Shown: positions 16,040-26,190, counted from the stretch's first letter. The stretch: DNA of 32,000 nucleotides from Thermofilum adornatum (GCF_000446015.1 NC_022093.1:1650001-1682000), one strand, 5' to 3'. Made by a program: numbers and translations. The notes: generated by a model from the sequence alone, not told the origin.

Positions 16040-16381
16040 GAGAGAGTATACAAGCCTAGAGTTGCGTCGTGTCTGTCTCTTTTAGCTTTTTATTGACTAT
16101 GTTCTTCAATATTGCCATGCTTGTCGGATTTGAAGATTAACGTTGTGGAGATAAAAAATCACAAGCATGATACTTTAGAGTATAATAACTTGGAGTATGT
16201 TATTCGTTGAGAGAGAAGGATTAGGAGTACTACATTAAGCCTTGAGAAACAACAAGCTGGAACTAGTTCTTGCACGCTAGCATGGCGGCTTTACATTTCA
16301 GCCAGAAGAAAACATCGTACTCTATTGTTTAACAGAGATTGAGGAAGACTTTGAGAAAATAAAGCCTAGAATAGAAGAGTT

Positions 16382-17353
16382 TTAGGCTTTTTCATGTAGC
16401 CAGCATGCGACATAGTGGCCGGGCTCAACTTCTATTAGTGGCGGCTCGGCTGTCCTGCATTTTTCTGTGGCGAATGGGCACCTGGGGTGGAACCTGCATC
16501 CCTTCGGTATGTCTATTGGCGATGGGGGCTCGCCCTGGATTGCTAGTCTCTGCCTGGTTCTCGCATATTTGGGGTCGGGTATAGGTATTGAGCTTAGTAG
16601 GAACTTTGTGTATGGGTGCAGGGGGTTCTCGAATATTCTATCCGATGGCCCTAGCTCGACGATTTTTCCTAGATACATTACTCCTATCCTGTGGCTCATG
16701 TATTTGACTACTCCTATGTCGTGGGATATGAAGAGGTAGGATATCTTCCTTTCTCTCTGTATGTCTTTAAGCATGTTTAGTATAGATGCCTGCACAGAGA
16801 CATCTAGGGAAGATGTTGGCTCGTCTAGGACTATGAAGCTTGGGTTCAGGGTGAGCGCCCTGAGGATAGCTATTCTCTGTTTTTGTCCACCGCTGAGCTC
16901 GTGGGGGTATCTGTATAGGTGCTCCCTTCCCAGGCCAACGCTTTCTAGTTGCTTTACAATGTATTCTTCGGGGTCTCCGACCGGGATATTGTGCTCGAAG
17001 AGTGGCTCAGAGAGTATCTCGAAAATGGTCATCCTGGGGTTTAGAGATGTGTTTGGGTCTTGGAAGACTATCTGGGCATTTCTCCTGAACTGTTTTAACT
17101 CTTCACCCCTAAGGGACATGACGTCTTTTCCATTGAAGAATATTTTTCCAGACGTTGGCTCTAGGAGGCGTATAACGGTTCTGCCTAGTGTCGACTTTCC
17201 GCACCCACTTTCACCCACGAGTCCAAGGGTTTCGCCCTGGCTTATAGTGAAGTCGACGCCGTCGACGGCTTTGACAGTCTTAAATAGGGAGCCTCTTACC
17301 TTGAAGTATTTCTTCAGGTTTTCAACCCGTATAAGTTCCGCCATTTTTCTCAC
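16382..17353 (-). CDS. Opp/Dpp-type ABC transporter ATP-binding protein (F-type)
   Basis: Walker A GESGCGKS, signature LSGGQKQR and Walker B FIVLDEPTS are present, plus a C-terminal Cys-rich Opp/Dpp extension (CRFHPRCPFATEKC...CW). Confidence 0.9.
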   Translation of the reverse strand: MRKMAELIRVENLKKYFKVRGSLFKTVKAVDGVDFTISQGETLGLVGESGCGKSTLGRTVIRLLEPTSGKIFFNGKDVMSLRGEELKQFRRNAQIVFQDPNTSLNPRMTIFEILSEPLFEHNIPVGDPEEYIVKQLESVGLGREHLYRYPHELSGGQKQRIAILRALTLNPSFIVLDEPTSSLDVSVQASILNMLKDIQRERKISYLFISHDIGVVKYMSHRIGVMYLGKIVELGPSDRIFENPLHPYTKFLLSSIPIPDPKYARTRQRLAIQGEPPSPIDIPKGCRFHPRCPFATEKCRTAEPPLIEVEPGHYVACWLHEKA

Positions 17354-18351
17354 CTCTTTGCATGTAGCCAGCAGTGAACAACGTGACCGTTACCTAGATC
17401 TATTCTGGGAGGGTCTTCCTTTCTGCAGATCTCCATAGCGAATGGGCATCGGGGGGCGAAGGGGCAACCAGGCTTCATGTCTATCAAGTTGGGAACGGTG
17501 CCCGGTATTGATTCTAGCCGCTCGATTCGTTTCAATGGGTTTGGGACGGCCCTTAATAGGAGTTGGGTGTAGGGGTGCATTGGTGCCTCGAATATAGTGT
17601 TTACGTCTGCTGTTTCGGCTATTCTGCCTCCATACATGACATAAACCCTGTCAGCTGTCTCTGCTACTACTCCTAGATTGTGTGTGATTAAGAGGAGGCT
17701 CATCTTGTATTTTTCTTTCAGCCCCCTCAACAGGTCTAGGATCTGTGCCTGGACTGTTACGTCTAGGTTGGTTGTCGGCTCGTCTGCAATTAGGAGCCTC
17801 GGCTTGTTTGCTATAGCTGTGGCAATCACAACTCTCTGCCTCATCCCCCCGCTAAGCTCATGTGGGTAGTTCTTGACCCTGACCTCGGGGTTCGGAATCA
17901 ATACGTCTCGGAGCAGTTGGACAGCCTCTTGATAAGCCTCGTCCTTAGTTATTGGTCTATGCTCAAGAATGGTTTCAGCTATGTGGTCTCCTGCAGTGTA
18001 TAGTGGGTCTAGTGAGCTTGAGGGGTCCTGGAATATGTAGGCAATCTCGTTTCCCCTTATTTCCCTGATCTCTTCTGGCGACAGCTTTAGCAGGTCAACA
18101 ATTGTCCCGTCTCTCTTCCTGAACAATGCTTGTCCAGTCTCAATGCGCCCAGGCGGATCTATCAAGCCTGTAATCGCCTTTGTGAAAACAGACTTCCCAC
18201 AGCCCGTCTCTCCAACCAGGGCGACTGTTTCCCTTTCGAACACGTCTAGGTAGGCCTGCGAGACAGCGTGTACAACGCCGGCATACGTGTAGAACCTCAC
18301 CGAGAGGTCTCTTACCGCTAATACCTGGTTTTCGGGCAAAGTGCTACTCAT
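17350..18351 (-). CDS. Opp/Dpp-type ABC transporter ATP-binding protein (D-type)
   Basis: GETGCGKS, LSGGMRQR and LLIADEPTT are present, plus the C-terminal CPFAPRCPFAMEIC...CW. Start and stop overlap the neighbouring genes by 4 nt. Confidence 0.9.
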   Translation of the reverse strand: MSSTLPENQVLAVRDLSVRFYTYAGVVHAVSQAYLDVFERETVALVGETGCGKSVFTKAITGLIDPPGRIETGQALFRKRDGTIVDLLKLSPEEIREIRGNEIAYIFQDPSSSLDPLYTAGDHIAETILEHRPITKDEAYQEAVQLLRDVLIPNPEVRVKNYPHELSGGMRQRVVIATAIANKPRLLIADEPTTNLDVTVQAQILDLLRGLKEKYKMSLLLITHNLGVVAETADRVYVMYGGRIAETADVNTIFEAPMHPYTQLLLRAVPNPLKRIERLESIPGTVPNLIDMKPGCPFAPRCPFAMEICRKEDPPRIDLGNGHVVHCWLHAKR

Positions 18352-19454
18352 TTTCTCACCTCTATCTTGGCTTTTAACTCTATTGAGCGCCTAGTCTTCG
18401 GGTCGAAGACGTCCCTCAGGGCGTCTCCCACTAGGTTCCATCCAAGAGATATTAGTAGCAATGCTGTCCCGGCCTCTATTACTATCCACCAGCTTTTCTC
18501 CGGGAAGTACTGCCCCGCCTGTGAAATAATGAGGCCCAGATCGGGGACAGGTGGCTGGGGGCCCAAACCCAGGAACGATAGGGCCGCAGAGCTAAGTGTC
18601 GCGGTCGCAAAATCGAATGTAACCATGACTAGGAGTGGAGACATGATGTTGGGGAAAATGTGCCTGGTAAGTATCTTCCACGTTGAAAGCCCCAGAGCCT
18701 TTGCGGCCTCTATGAAGCCCTGCTCCTTTACTGATAGGACGGAGCCTCTCACAACCCTTGCGTATGGGGGCCACCAAACGAGTATAAGTGCGAGGAAGAC
18801 AGAGAGCAGGTTTGCGAGGTTAGGAGCGTCCTTGGGGTTAAGGGCAAATAGGGAGGCAACTATGCTTGTTGCCGTTGGGTTTGCCATCAGGAAGTCTCTA
18901 AGAGAGAGCCGGAGCGTTAAGCTGAATGCTATAGCTAGGATTAGCCCTGGGAAAGCGAGCATCATGTCGGTAAACCTCATTAGGATTTCGTCTACTAGTC
19001 CTCCGAAATAGCCCGAGACTAGGCCTATCAGAATGCCTATAAGAGAGCTAGTTACAACAATTATTATGCTCATAACAAGGGCTATCCTGAAACCCCTTAC
19101 CACTAGGCTTAAAACGTCTCTTCCATACTGGTCTGTACCAAACATTGGCAGACCTTCACAGTTCCCAAAACACGGTGGATGAGGCAACTTTCCAGCTAGC
19201 TCGGGCTTGTTGAGTATCGGGTATACGTCGTACGGTTCCCATGCAATAAAGGGGCCAAATATCGCTAGAAAAAGTGTAATGACAACAAGGGCTAGACCGG
19301 TGAGCCCTATCCTGGAAGAAGTGAAGACATAGACGGAGAGCTTTGTCTCAACGAGTTTGGACCTGTTCTTTTCGAGCCATCCCGGGCTTATCTTTTCCCT
19401 TAGACCTGCATATTTGTCTATAAGCCAGCTTCCAAAACGGTAAACAGGGTTCAT
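18348..19454 (-). CDS. Opp/Dpp-type ABC transporter permease (C-type)
   Basis: Multi-TM protein with the EAA-type loop (IEAAKALGLSTWKILTRHIFPN). Confidence 0.9.
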   Translation of the reverse strand: MNPVYRFGSWLIDKYAGLREKISPGWLEKNRSKLVETKLSVYVFTSSRIGLTGLALVVITLFLAIFGPFIAWEPYDVYPILNKPELAGKLPHPPCFGNCEGLPMFGTDQYGRDVLSLVVRGFRIALVMSIIIVVTSSLIGILIGLVSGYFGGLVDEILMRFTDMMLAFPGLILAIAFSLTLRLSLRDFLMANPTATSIVASLFALNPKDAPNLANLLSVFLALILVWWPPYARVVRGSVLSVKEQGFIEAAKALGLSTWKILTRHIFPNIMSPLLVMVTFDFATATLSSAALSFLGLGPQPPVPDLGLIISQAGQYFPEKSWWIVIEAGTALLLISLGWNLVGDALRDVFDPKTRRSIELKAKIEVRK

Positions 19455-19466
19455 GCTTCTCGACCT

Positions 19467-20525
19467 CTAGTATCTCACCCGGGGATCAATCAAGGCGTAA
19501 ATGAGGTCTACTATGAGATTCATGACTATGTATATTATCGAGAACAGGAATGTTCCAGCAATGATTATAGGGAAGTTAAGCCTAGTTATCCCCTGATACA
19601 TGTAGAGCCCCATTCCAGGAATATTGAAGACAGTCTCAGCTATTATTGCCCCGGTAAGTAGCCCGGCAAAATCAAGTCCAAGAATGGTCACTATTGGTGC
19701 AAAGGCGTTCTTCAAAGCGTGGCGCCATATCCGCTGGTTTGTCAGCCCTCTAGCCTTTGCAAAAAGGATTGACTCTGATGTGAAGGCGTCGAGAAGACTG
19801 TTCCTCACTATTCTGGCAATGAATCCCCCTGATAGCAGGCCAAGAGCCAGTCCTGGAAGCCACATTCTTACCACCGTATCGGAAACAACACTAAATTCTC
19901 CACACATTGGGGCGCCAAAGATTGGGACTTGCCCAACTGCCCATACCAAGTAGCCCAGCACTGGCACAGCGTCCCTTATAGAGTCTAGGCGGGCGGCACA
20001 GGAAAGGGAATAGAACGGTACTCCAGCGAGCAAAGAGGCTCTGGCATATACGTAGAAGGCGAGTATCAAAAAGTAGTATAGCACGAAGGCTGGAATAGAG
20101 CTACCGAACAATGCAAATATCCTTACAAAAAAGTCGATGACACTGTCCTTCTTTGCGGCGGCAACTATGCCTAGAGGTATCCCTATAGCCACCGTAAACA
20201 GCATCCCAAAAATCGCCAGCTCGACTGTTATGGGGAATCTCTGTGCCACTTGCTGGACAACTGGGGTTCCACGCACCGGGTCAATAAGTGTACCGCTCAG
20301 CAACTTTTCAACCAGGAAGACGAATTGCTCGTACCAGGGCGCGTCGAACTTGTATTCCTTTTTTAGCTTGTCGAGGGTTGATGGATCCATGAGTTTCTCT
20401 CCTACCCATGCCCTGACGGGGTCAGTAGGTATAACGTATGCAATTAGGTAAGTTATCAGCAACGCCCCTATCACGCTGGGCAGAAAGGTCAGCAACCTCC
20501 TTAAAAGATAACTTCCAAGTCCCAT
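19467..20525 (-). CDS. Opp/Dpp-type ABC transporter permease (B-type)
   Basis: MGLGSYLLRRLLTFLPSV is a typical OppB/DppB N-terminus, and the EAA-like loop FAKARGLTNQRIWRHALKNAFAP is present. The ORF extends to an upstream TTG at 20540. Confidence 0.9.
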   Translation of the reverse strand: MGLGSYLLRRLLTFLPSVIGALLITYLIAYVIPTDPVRAWVGEKLMDPSTLDKLKKEYKFDAPWYEQFVFLVEKLLSGTLIDPVRGTPVVQQVAQRFPITVELAIFGMLFTVAIGIPLGIVAAAKKDSVIDFFVRIFALFGSSIPAFVLYYFLILAFYVYARASLLAGVPFYSLSCAARLDSIRDAVPVLGYLVWAVGQVPIFGAPMCGEFSVVSDTVVRMWLPGLALGLLSGGFIARIVRNSLLDAFTSESILFAKARGLTNQRIWRHALKNAFAPIVTILGLDFAGLLTGAIIAETVFNIPGMGLYMYQGITRLNFPIIIAGTFLFSIIYIVMNLIVDLIYALIDPRVRY

Positions 20526-20564
20526 TTTCCAACTCACCAAAAAAGAAAAAAAGGTTTTAAGTTT

Positions 20565-22712
20565 TTAGGGCTTGAATCCATATAGTTGTTGCCATAATGT
20601 CGCGTTCCAGTAGTATGGGTTGTATTTGAGCAGGATGTAGCTATCTTCCTTGTAGTCTGCAACATAGTATGGACCAGTTGATACAGGCTTTGTTGAAAGT
20701 AGCTTGAATGTCGGGTCATCTTCGCCTACACCCACATATTTAGCCCACGCCGCGGGGTTTCTACCATTGTTTGAGTCGGCTAGAGCCGCCTGGTAGTTAT
20801 TTCCAAGGGCGTACTGCATCGGTATAATTGAGCCGACGCCCGTGACGAATATCTGGAGTATTGGGACGTAGGGGAAGCGTAGCTTGAACTTTACTACGCC
20901 CGCTGTCGGCCCGCTGTACTTGAAGAAGCTTAGTAGCTCGTTTAGGCTGTGGACTTCTGCAGACTTGCCCATGTAGAATGTTACTAGCCCGTTTGTCTTT
21001 GCTAGGTTGTCTAGCTCGCTCTCTGTCATAACGCTTGAAGCGTTAACATCTATGTAGCTGTCGATCATCCATTGGGGCCCACCTGGTAGGTTTAGTCTAA
21101 CTGCGCGCCACACGCTGAAGAGCGCGTCTACAGCTGTAATGGGGTAGGTCTTGTTGTTCCACGGGTCGTATGCCTTGACGTTGCCCCTCATTACGAAGTA
21201 GAGCTCTGTCAGATCCTTGCTGAAGGCCCACGCGACAGAGAGCTCTGGGATAGGCTCGGTATCTTCTTTCCACATTGTGACTAGCTTTCCATAGGTTTGC
21301 CAGAATATTTCCCAGCCGAAGCTCTCGTAGGACTTTGCTGGGTCAAATGTGTCTGGCCAGCCGATGTCTCCTATAACCATTGTTTCTGGGCTGTTCTTGA
21401 CGCCCGCTACACCGGTGTCAGCGACTGGAGCGTTGGGATCCTCCCATACCAGGTCGTATCTAGCAAAGGTGGCAACGGGGTAGTACATGTCGTGTACCCA
21501 TGATCCGTAGTTTTCGCCCGTGATTTGTTGCCCTAAGATGAGTAACGTTGCCTGCTTATTGAAATAAATCGTTGCCGCCTGGAGCACTGCTTCCCTGATC
21601 GTTGGGTCTACTATTCTCTGGGCAGCCTTGCATAGGGCGCTTAGTGCAACATCTTTGAGTCCTCCTGTTCCAAGAGTGACCATGTTTACTGGGTTTGCCC
21701 AGTTGCTGTTTGTTGTGTCCCAGTCAACCACGTAGCCAATAGTGATTATCGGCTTGTTTGTCGGACCCGTATATTTCGCGCCGGTACCCTTCTCGCCGGC
21801 GACAACTATGAACTTCTCGGTCTCTACAGTCATGTTTACGTTTGCGAGATATTTTCCAACGTCTCCTGGAGCGACGTTGCTATTGATCTCTAGATTCTTG
21901 AACTCTGCGCCTCCCCAGACAAATGGCATCAAGTAGTCGTCTGGGTCGAAATAGTCGGGGATCCATCCTAGAAGCATGACTTGGAACTGGAAGTGGTCTG
22001 TCAAGTCAAGGTACTTTGGCCACGAGTAAGACTCTACTGTCACCTTGAATCCTAGCTGGCTCCATGACTGCTGGAGCAGTGTCGCTATTTGCTGGCGCGC
22101 AGTGTTGCCCTCGTTATAGATAATGGTTATAACGTACTTGCTTGGGTCGAAGCCTTTAGCCTTAAGCTGGGACATTATCTGTTGTGCCTTATTCATGTCG
22201 TACTCATACTTGTTTATGCCGAACTCTGTATAGCCAGGCATCCCCTTGGGTATTATAGTGTAGAGCCTCGTGTATAGGCCTCCAAACACCTGTTTCAGTA
22301 TGACGTCATAGGGCACAGCATATGCCAGTGCCTGTCTAACCTCCGGAATATTGAAGGGTTCCTTCATGGGGTTAAGTCCTACATACTGAATTGTAAGTTG
22401 TGGCTTGTCTGGTCTCCTCACCAGGTGGAGGGTAAAGTTACCTACCTTTGTATTGTTTACATCAGGCCATCTCGCCGGGGTTACAGCAGCTATATCGAAT
22501 ACCCCGGTTTTATACATGTTAATTCTTGTTCCCTCATCGTTGACAATTACGTAGAGTATTTGCTTGTGGAATGGTCTAGCCTGTGCAACTGGTCCCGTGG
22601 GTGTGGGACCCTTTGGAAGCAAAACTATTACCGCAACAATTAGAAGTATTACAGCAATAATTACGGCGTATAAGGTATTTTTATTTAAGCCTTTGGATTT
22701 TGTTGTTTGCAC
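20565..22712 (-). CDS. ABC transporter substrate-binding protein, family 5 (Opp/Dpp type), N-terminally anchored, motif order circularly permuted
   Basis: GTG start, TM anchor and PTPTGP linker. Family-5 motifs are present but in the order [YVGLNP..EVRQALAYAV][NKAQQIM][LLGWIPDYFDPDDY][canonical C-end] followed by [DTFDPAKSY][PELSVAWAFSKD..YFVMRGNVKAYD][STGPYYVADYKEDSYILLKYNPYYW]. Confidence 0.85.
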   Translation of the reverse strand: MQTTKSKGLNKNTLYAVIIAVILLIVAVIVLLPKGPTPTGPVAQARPFHKQILYVIVNDEGTRINMYKTGVFDIAAVTPARWPDVNNTKVGNFTLHLVRRPDKPQLTIQYVGLNPMKEPFNIPEVRQALAYAVPYDVILKQVFGGLYTRLYTIIPKGMPGYTEFGINKYEYDMNKAQQIMSQLKAKGFDPSKYVITIIYNEGNTARQQIATLLQQSWSQLGFKVTVESYSWPKYLDLTDHFQFQVMLLGWIPDYFDPDDYLMPFVWGGAEFKNLEINSNVAPGDVGKYLANVNMTVETEKFIVVAGEKGTGAKYTGPTNKPIITIGYVVDWDTTNSNWANPVNMVTLGTGGLKDVALSALCKAAQRIVDPTIREAVLQAATIYFNKQATLLILGQQITGENYGSWVHDMYYPVATFARYDLVWEDPNAPVADTGVAGVKNSPETMVIGDIGWPDTFDPAKSYESFGWEIFWQTYGKLVTMWKEDTEPIPELSVAWAFSKDLTELYFVMRGNVKAYDPWNNKTYPITAVDALFSVWRAVRLNLPGGPQWMIDSYIDVNASSVMTESELDNLAKTNGLVTFYMGKSAEVHSLNELLSFFKYSGPTAGVVKFKLRFPYVPILQIFVTGVGSIIPMQYALGNNYQAALADSNNGRNPAAWAKYVGVGEDDPTFKLLSTKPVSTGPYYVADYKEDSYILLKYNPYYWNATLWQQLYGFKP

Positions 22713-22733
22713 ACATTAAAGGATAAGAATAAC

Positions 22734-22741
22734 TATTTAAA
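22734..22741 (-). promoter_or_regulatory. TATA box for the ABC operon
   Basis: The minus-strand tttaaata is centred about 25 nt upstream of the GTG at 22712. Confidence 0.4.
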
Positions 22742-22920
22742 GTATTATCATTGACAAACTACTAGCTATCTTTAAAGATTTTTTATTAAATAAAGAAGTC
22801 GTAAATAAATTCTTGAACAATTTCCTTAAGGAGAAGATGCATATATGTCAAATTCCTTGAAACAACCGTTTTAATTCCTTTGAGAAATTTTGCTATCCTT
22901 TATAAGTTTATTTCTTTACT

Positions 22921-22929
22921 TTTTTATTT
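22921..22929 (+). promoter_or_regulatory. TATA-like box for ORF 22951
   Basis: tttttattt is centred about 26 nt upstream of ATG 22951. Confidence 0.4.
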
Positions 22930-22950
22930 GGTTTTAAAGATAGAAATCAC

Positions 22951-24108
22951 ATGAATTATAAACGTTCAAAAGTTAGGGCAAGCCTAAAACAGCTAGTTGC
23001 AAGTACCTCGTTGCATTTTGAACCTTGCAGTTTAAAGGGGAAAATGCAAAAACCACGGGTAGCAGATGGTGAGTATGCTCAAATTTTTGTAAAGCAAGAT
23101 TATCATGTAGTATTTACTCATGACTGGTTCAATAGGTCGACAGGCAACTATGGATGCGCCTATCTTGTAAGATTCGAGGAGCCAAGAGAGGTTGAGGGTT
23201 CTTTCTGGGATTTTCTGCACAACCGGAGTTACAAGGCAAGAGTTTGGACGAGTAGCCTGCACGTATTTTACGACGCTAAAAAGGAGAGAATTGTCCTAGT
23301 GGATCCCATCGTTTCTGGTTCCCTAAAGAGTGAGGGACTAGCGGATCATGAGGGAGCTCCTATAGACCTATATGGGAAAGAGCATTTCCTTTTAGGTGAA
23401 TTCTGGCTTGCTGGACTTGGAGGGAAGCTAAAGATATATGAGACTTGGGAAGGAAACCAAGCCACAATTGTTGGCTATTTGGGTTCAAATGTTGAGCCAA
23501 GGTTCTCGGGAAAAGCCTTCACTGCCAGCGCTTTCAATCTCAGGTCTCTTTGGGCTGAGTACTATTTCTCGCGCCTAGTTCACCCTCTTAGTGGCCTAGC
23601 CGAAGTCTCCATAGATTCCTCGATAACCTACAATTACGACTTCCAGTCCGAATATGTCTCCGCGAGAAACATTGACTGGCCCGTGTCATTTATATTCAAG
23701 GGATTCCACATGGCAGGAGAAGTTAAAAGCTACTTTTTTGGCGAGACACCTTTCGGGAACGAGATGAAGATGCTTGTGAAGACAAGCGCTTCCTGGACGG
23801 GAGACAGGGGAACAAAGGGACTCATCTATCTCCCTCTGATTAATGGGTATCTCTACGGACATATGCGTCTCTATAGAATAGGCGAAGACCTTGTAGCAGG
23901 TACCTCTCATCTTGACCAATTTCCCGTAGAGTCTTGGAGCGGATACTCTATACTTGCGAGGAAAATTTTTGTAGAAATGGCCTCGATTCGAGGGTTAAAC
24001 GTAAAGGAAAGATTTTCCTATCTATATAACAGGGAGGGCCCAATATTTGAAGATAATCATCCAAGGTTGCATTCAGGCTATGTCAGCCTCATAAGAAAAC
24101 ACAGCTAG
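22951..24108 (+). CDS. hypothetical protein (ORFan, soluble)
   Basis: 385-aa ATG ORF with no TM segment, no signal peptide and no motif I recognise. Its composition is AT-rich. Confidence 0.6.
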   Translation: MNYKRSKVRASLKQLVASTSLHFEPCSLKGKMQKPRVADGEYAQIFVKQDYHVVFTHDWFNRSTGNYGCAYLVRFEEPREVEGSFWDFLHNRSYKARVWTSSLHVFYDAKKERIVLVDPIVSGSLKSEGLADHEGAPIDLYGKEHFLLGEFWLAGLGGKLKIYETWEGNQATIVGYLGSNVEPRFSGKAFTASAFNLRSLWAEYYFSRLVHPLSGLAEVSIDSSITYNYDFQSEYVSARNIDWPVSFIFKGFHMAGEVKSYFFGETPFGNEMKMLVKTSASWTGDRGTKGLIYLPLINGYLYGHMRLYRIGEDLVAGTSHLDQFPVESWSGYSILARKIFVEMASIRGLNVKERFSYLYNREGPIFEDNHPRLHSGYVSLIRKHS

Positions 24109-24136
24109 AAGATATGCAGTGAGATTTAACTAGCCG

Positions 24137-24754
24137 ATGCTTGGCTTTATCCATATGCTGTATATAAATGTCTCGGAGAGAGTGCTACAAAAGATTAGCA
24201 CGTGGAAGAAAGTCTGGCTCCCCTACGTCCTTTATACAAGCCTCCACAACCCAAAATATGTTTACCTCTTTGACTGCGTATTTTCAAGTAAACTAAGGAA
24301 CGACTCATTGAGCCTCTTATTGTCTAGACGGATCGAGAAAGAGTACCTGGCAAGCTCTGAAAATATTCCCTTTAAGTTTCCCCTCTACCCTGACAAGGAT
24401 TGCCAAAGAGATGTTCTAGAATATCTTACAAATATGTATAGAGAACAGTCGCTCCAAATGCATCAAAATGTTTCTTTTGAACAAACTGACTACTTGGCCG
24501 TAAGAATGCTAGGCGTACCTAGCGCTATGAGAAAATTAGAGGAGTATTTCAGGCAATTCTCAAAGAGAAGTCCTTTGCAAGGAATCTTGAACGATATCCA
24601 GAATATGGAGCTCGAGCATAAAGGAATCGCATACTCTTTGTTTGTTTTTGATGGAAAAATGACATATAATGTCATTGGTGAAAAATTGATACAGATGAAG
24701 ATTCTAGAAAAATATTTGACAGGGGGACAGGTTTTGGAGCAACTTTTCCCTTAA
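24137..24754 (+). CDS. hypothetical protein (ORFan)
   Basis: 205-aa ORF starting 28 nt after the previous gene on the same strand, with no recognisable motif. An alternative ATG lies at 24155. Confidence 0.5.
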   Translation: MLGFIHMLYINVSERVLQKISTWKKVWLPYVLYTSLHNPKYVYLFDCVFSSKLRNDSLSLLLSRRIEKEYLASSENIPFKFPLYPDKDCQRDVLEYLTNMYREQSLQMHQNVSFEQTDYLAVRMLGVPSAMRKLEEYFRQFSKRSPLQGILNDIQNMELEHKGIAYSLFVFDGKMTYNVIGEKLIQMKILEKYLTGGQVLEQLFP

Positions 24755-24793
24755 ACGGGAACGCTCAGTCAAGCGTCTAAATTGAACTAAAAA

Positions 24794-24801
24794 ATATAAA
24801 T
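24794..24801 (+). promoter_or_regulatory. TATA box for the ParA-like/GT2 gene pair
   Basis: atataaat is centred about 27 nt upstream of ATG 24825. Confidence 0.45.
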
Positions 24802-24824
24802 ACTTCCTTTTCGGAAATATAAAC

Positions 24825-26186
24825 ATGCGTAGATATGTTTTCCTAAAGGTTAAAGGTGGTGTTGGCGGCTCATCACTAGCACTCTCGCTTGGCAAGTTTC
24901 TAGCGCTAAGAGGTTCAAAAGTCTTAATTGTAGACGCGGATCCAGTAAGCACAATATCTGAGCTTGTTGGACACAAGGCTAAGGGCATTATCCAGGCTGT
25001 AAAAGAAAATCTTGACTATAGGACATCACTAAAAACAATTGAGACTGGAAAGGGGACTCTAACAGTTTTGAGGATATATAGTGAAAGGATTCCCCTAGAA
25101 GTAGAGAAGCGAGACTTATTGTCTTTTAAAGACAAGTTCTCTGAGACATATACGAGAGCGCTTAATAGCGAAAATGTTGACTATGTTATTGTTGACCATG
25201 AGGCGGCCCTGTCTTATGAAGATCCACTATTCTCTATTGAAAGAAAAAATTTCCACGAGACATACAAGGGGATCCAAGAAGGGATAATAATGGTTCTCGA
25301 GCCGACCCCAGTGTCTCTCAGCTCTACAAAGAGGTATATTGATGCACTACAGGCTAAAGAACAGCTACCGTTTTCGGCCATCATAGTTAACAAAGTTCCC
25401 ACAGACGAAGAAACTATGACAAGGGCTAGAGAGATACTGGAGGAAGCCATGGAATATAGTGGCGCCAAGGTTGGCGCGCTTATCCCTATTATTAATGACT
25501 ATGTTCTCTATAGACCCGGGGCTTTCACGCTTTACCCGATTCCCGTAGGCGTCATGGAAATAGCGCTAGCCTTAGAAAGAAACAAAAAGATAATGTATAC
25601 CCCTTCACATCTAGACGCCTTAAAGAAAGCAGTTTATATAAGGTCCACTATGCTTATTGAGACAGACTCTTCCAATATTCTCAAATGCATACAGGAGATA
25701 CTAGAGGTTCCAAAGAAAATATACTCTGAGGAATTCAAGGCCTTAATTTTCTCAACACAGAGATTCTCGACCCTAATAGCAGAATCAAGCTATGTTGACT
25801 ACTATGGAACAACATATTCCTATGAAGCAACCAAGCTAAAAACAGGGAGCGTAGAAGAAGTTATAAGACTAGCCAAAAAGCTGGCACAGGACTTCATTAG
25901 AGAGATTGAGGCAGACGATACAGAAAAAATTATAGTAATAGCAAGTACAAATGACCTCGAACCCATATACCCCTCACAAGAGGCGCCCCAGCTCTCTAGG
26001 GCATTTTGGAAGGAGTTCCTAGAAAGCCTTAAGCATGGAACAAAAAATGCTTCTATAATCCTCCTATGTGAGCCTATTGGAGCACAGTGCCAAGCATTGA
26101 GGGGACTGGTAGATATAGCTATACGTTCAGACTACAAAGAGGGGGTTCCAAAATGCACAGTTCTCCAATCAAAGATCCCTGGCTAG
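24825..26186 (+). CDS. ParA/MinD-superfamily protein with lysine-less P-loop (BcsQ-like) and ~220-aa C-terminal extension
   Basis: The N-terminus is VFLKVKGGVGGSSLALSLGKFLALRGSKVLIVDADP (KGGVGGSS at 24852-24875). A Walker B-like YVIVDHE and IIVNKV follow. The C-terminal half is unassigned. Confidence 0.7.
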   Translation: MRRYVFLKVKGGVGGSSLALSLGKFLALRGSKVLIVDADPVSTISELVGHKAKGIIQAVKENLDYRTSLKTIETGKGTLTVLRIYSERIPLEVEKRDLLSFKDKFSETYTRALNSENVDYVIVDHEAALSYEDPLFSIERKNFHETYKGIQEGIIMVLEPTPVSLSSTKRYIDALQAKEQLPFSAIIVNKVPTDEETMTRAREILEEAMEYSGAKVGALIPIINDYVLYRPGAFTLYPIPVGVMEIALALERNKKIMYTPSHLDALKKAVYIRSTMLIETDSSNILKCIQEILEVPKKIYSEEFKALIFSTQRFSTLIAESSYVDYYGTTYSYEATKLKTGSVEEVIRLAKKLAQDFIREIEADDTEKIIVIASTNDLEPIYPSQEAPQLSRAFWKEFLESLKHGTKNASIILLCEPIGAQCQALRGLVDIAIRSDYKEGVPKCTVLQSKIPG

Positions 26187-26190
26187 AAAC

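Noticed and set aside
16761-17438. 225-aa ORF on the + strand
   Set aside because: It is antisense to the strongly conserved ABC ATPase gene, has a low-complexity S/L/R-rich translation and no motifs. It is a shadow ORF.
18367-19011. 214-aa ORF on the + strand
   Set aside because: It is a shadow ORF opposite the OppC-type permease gene.
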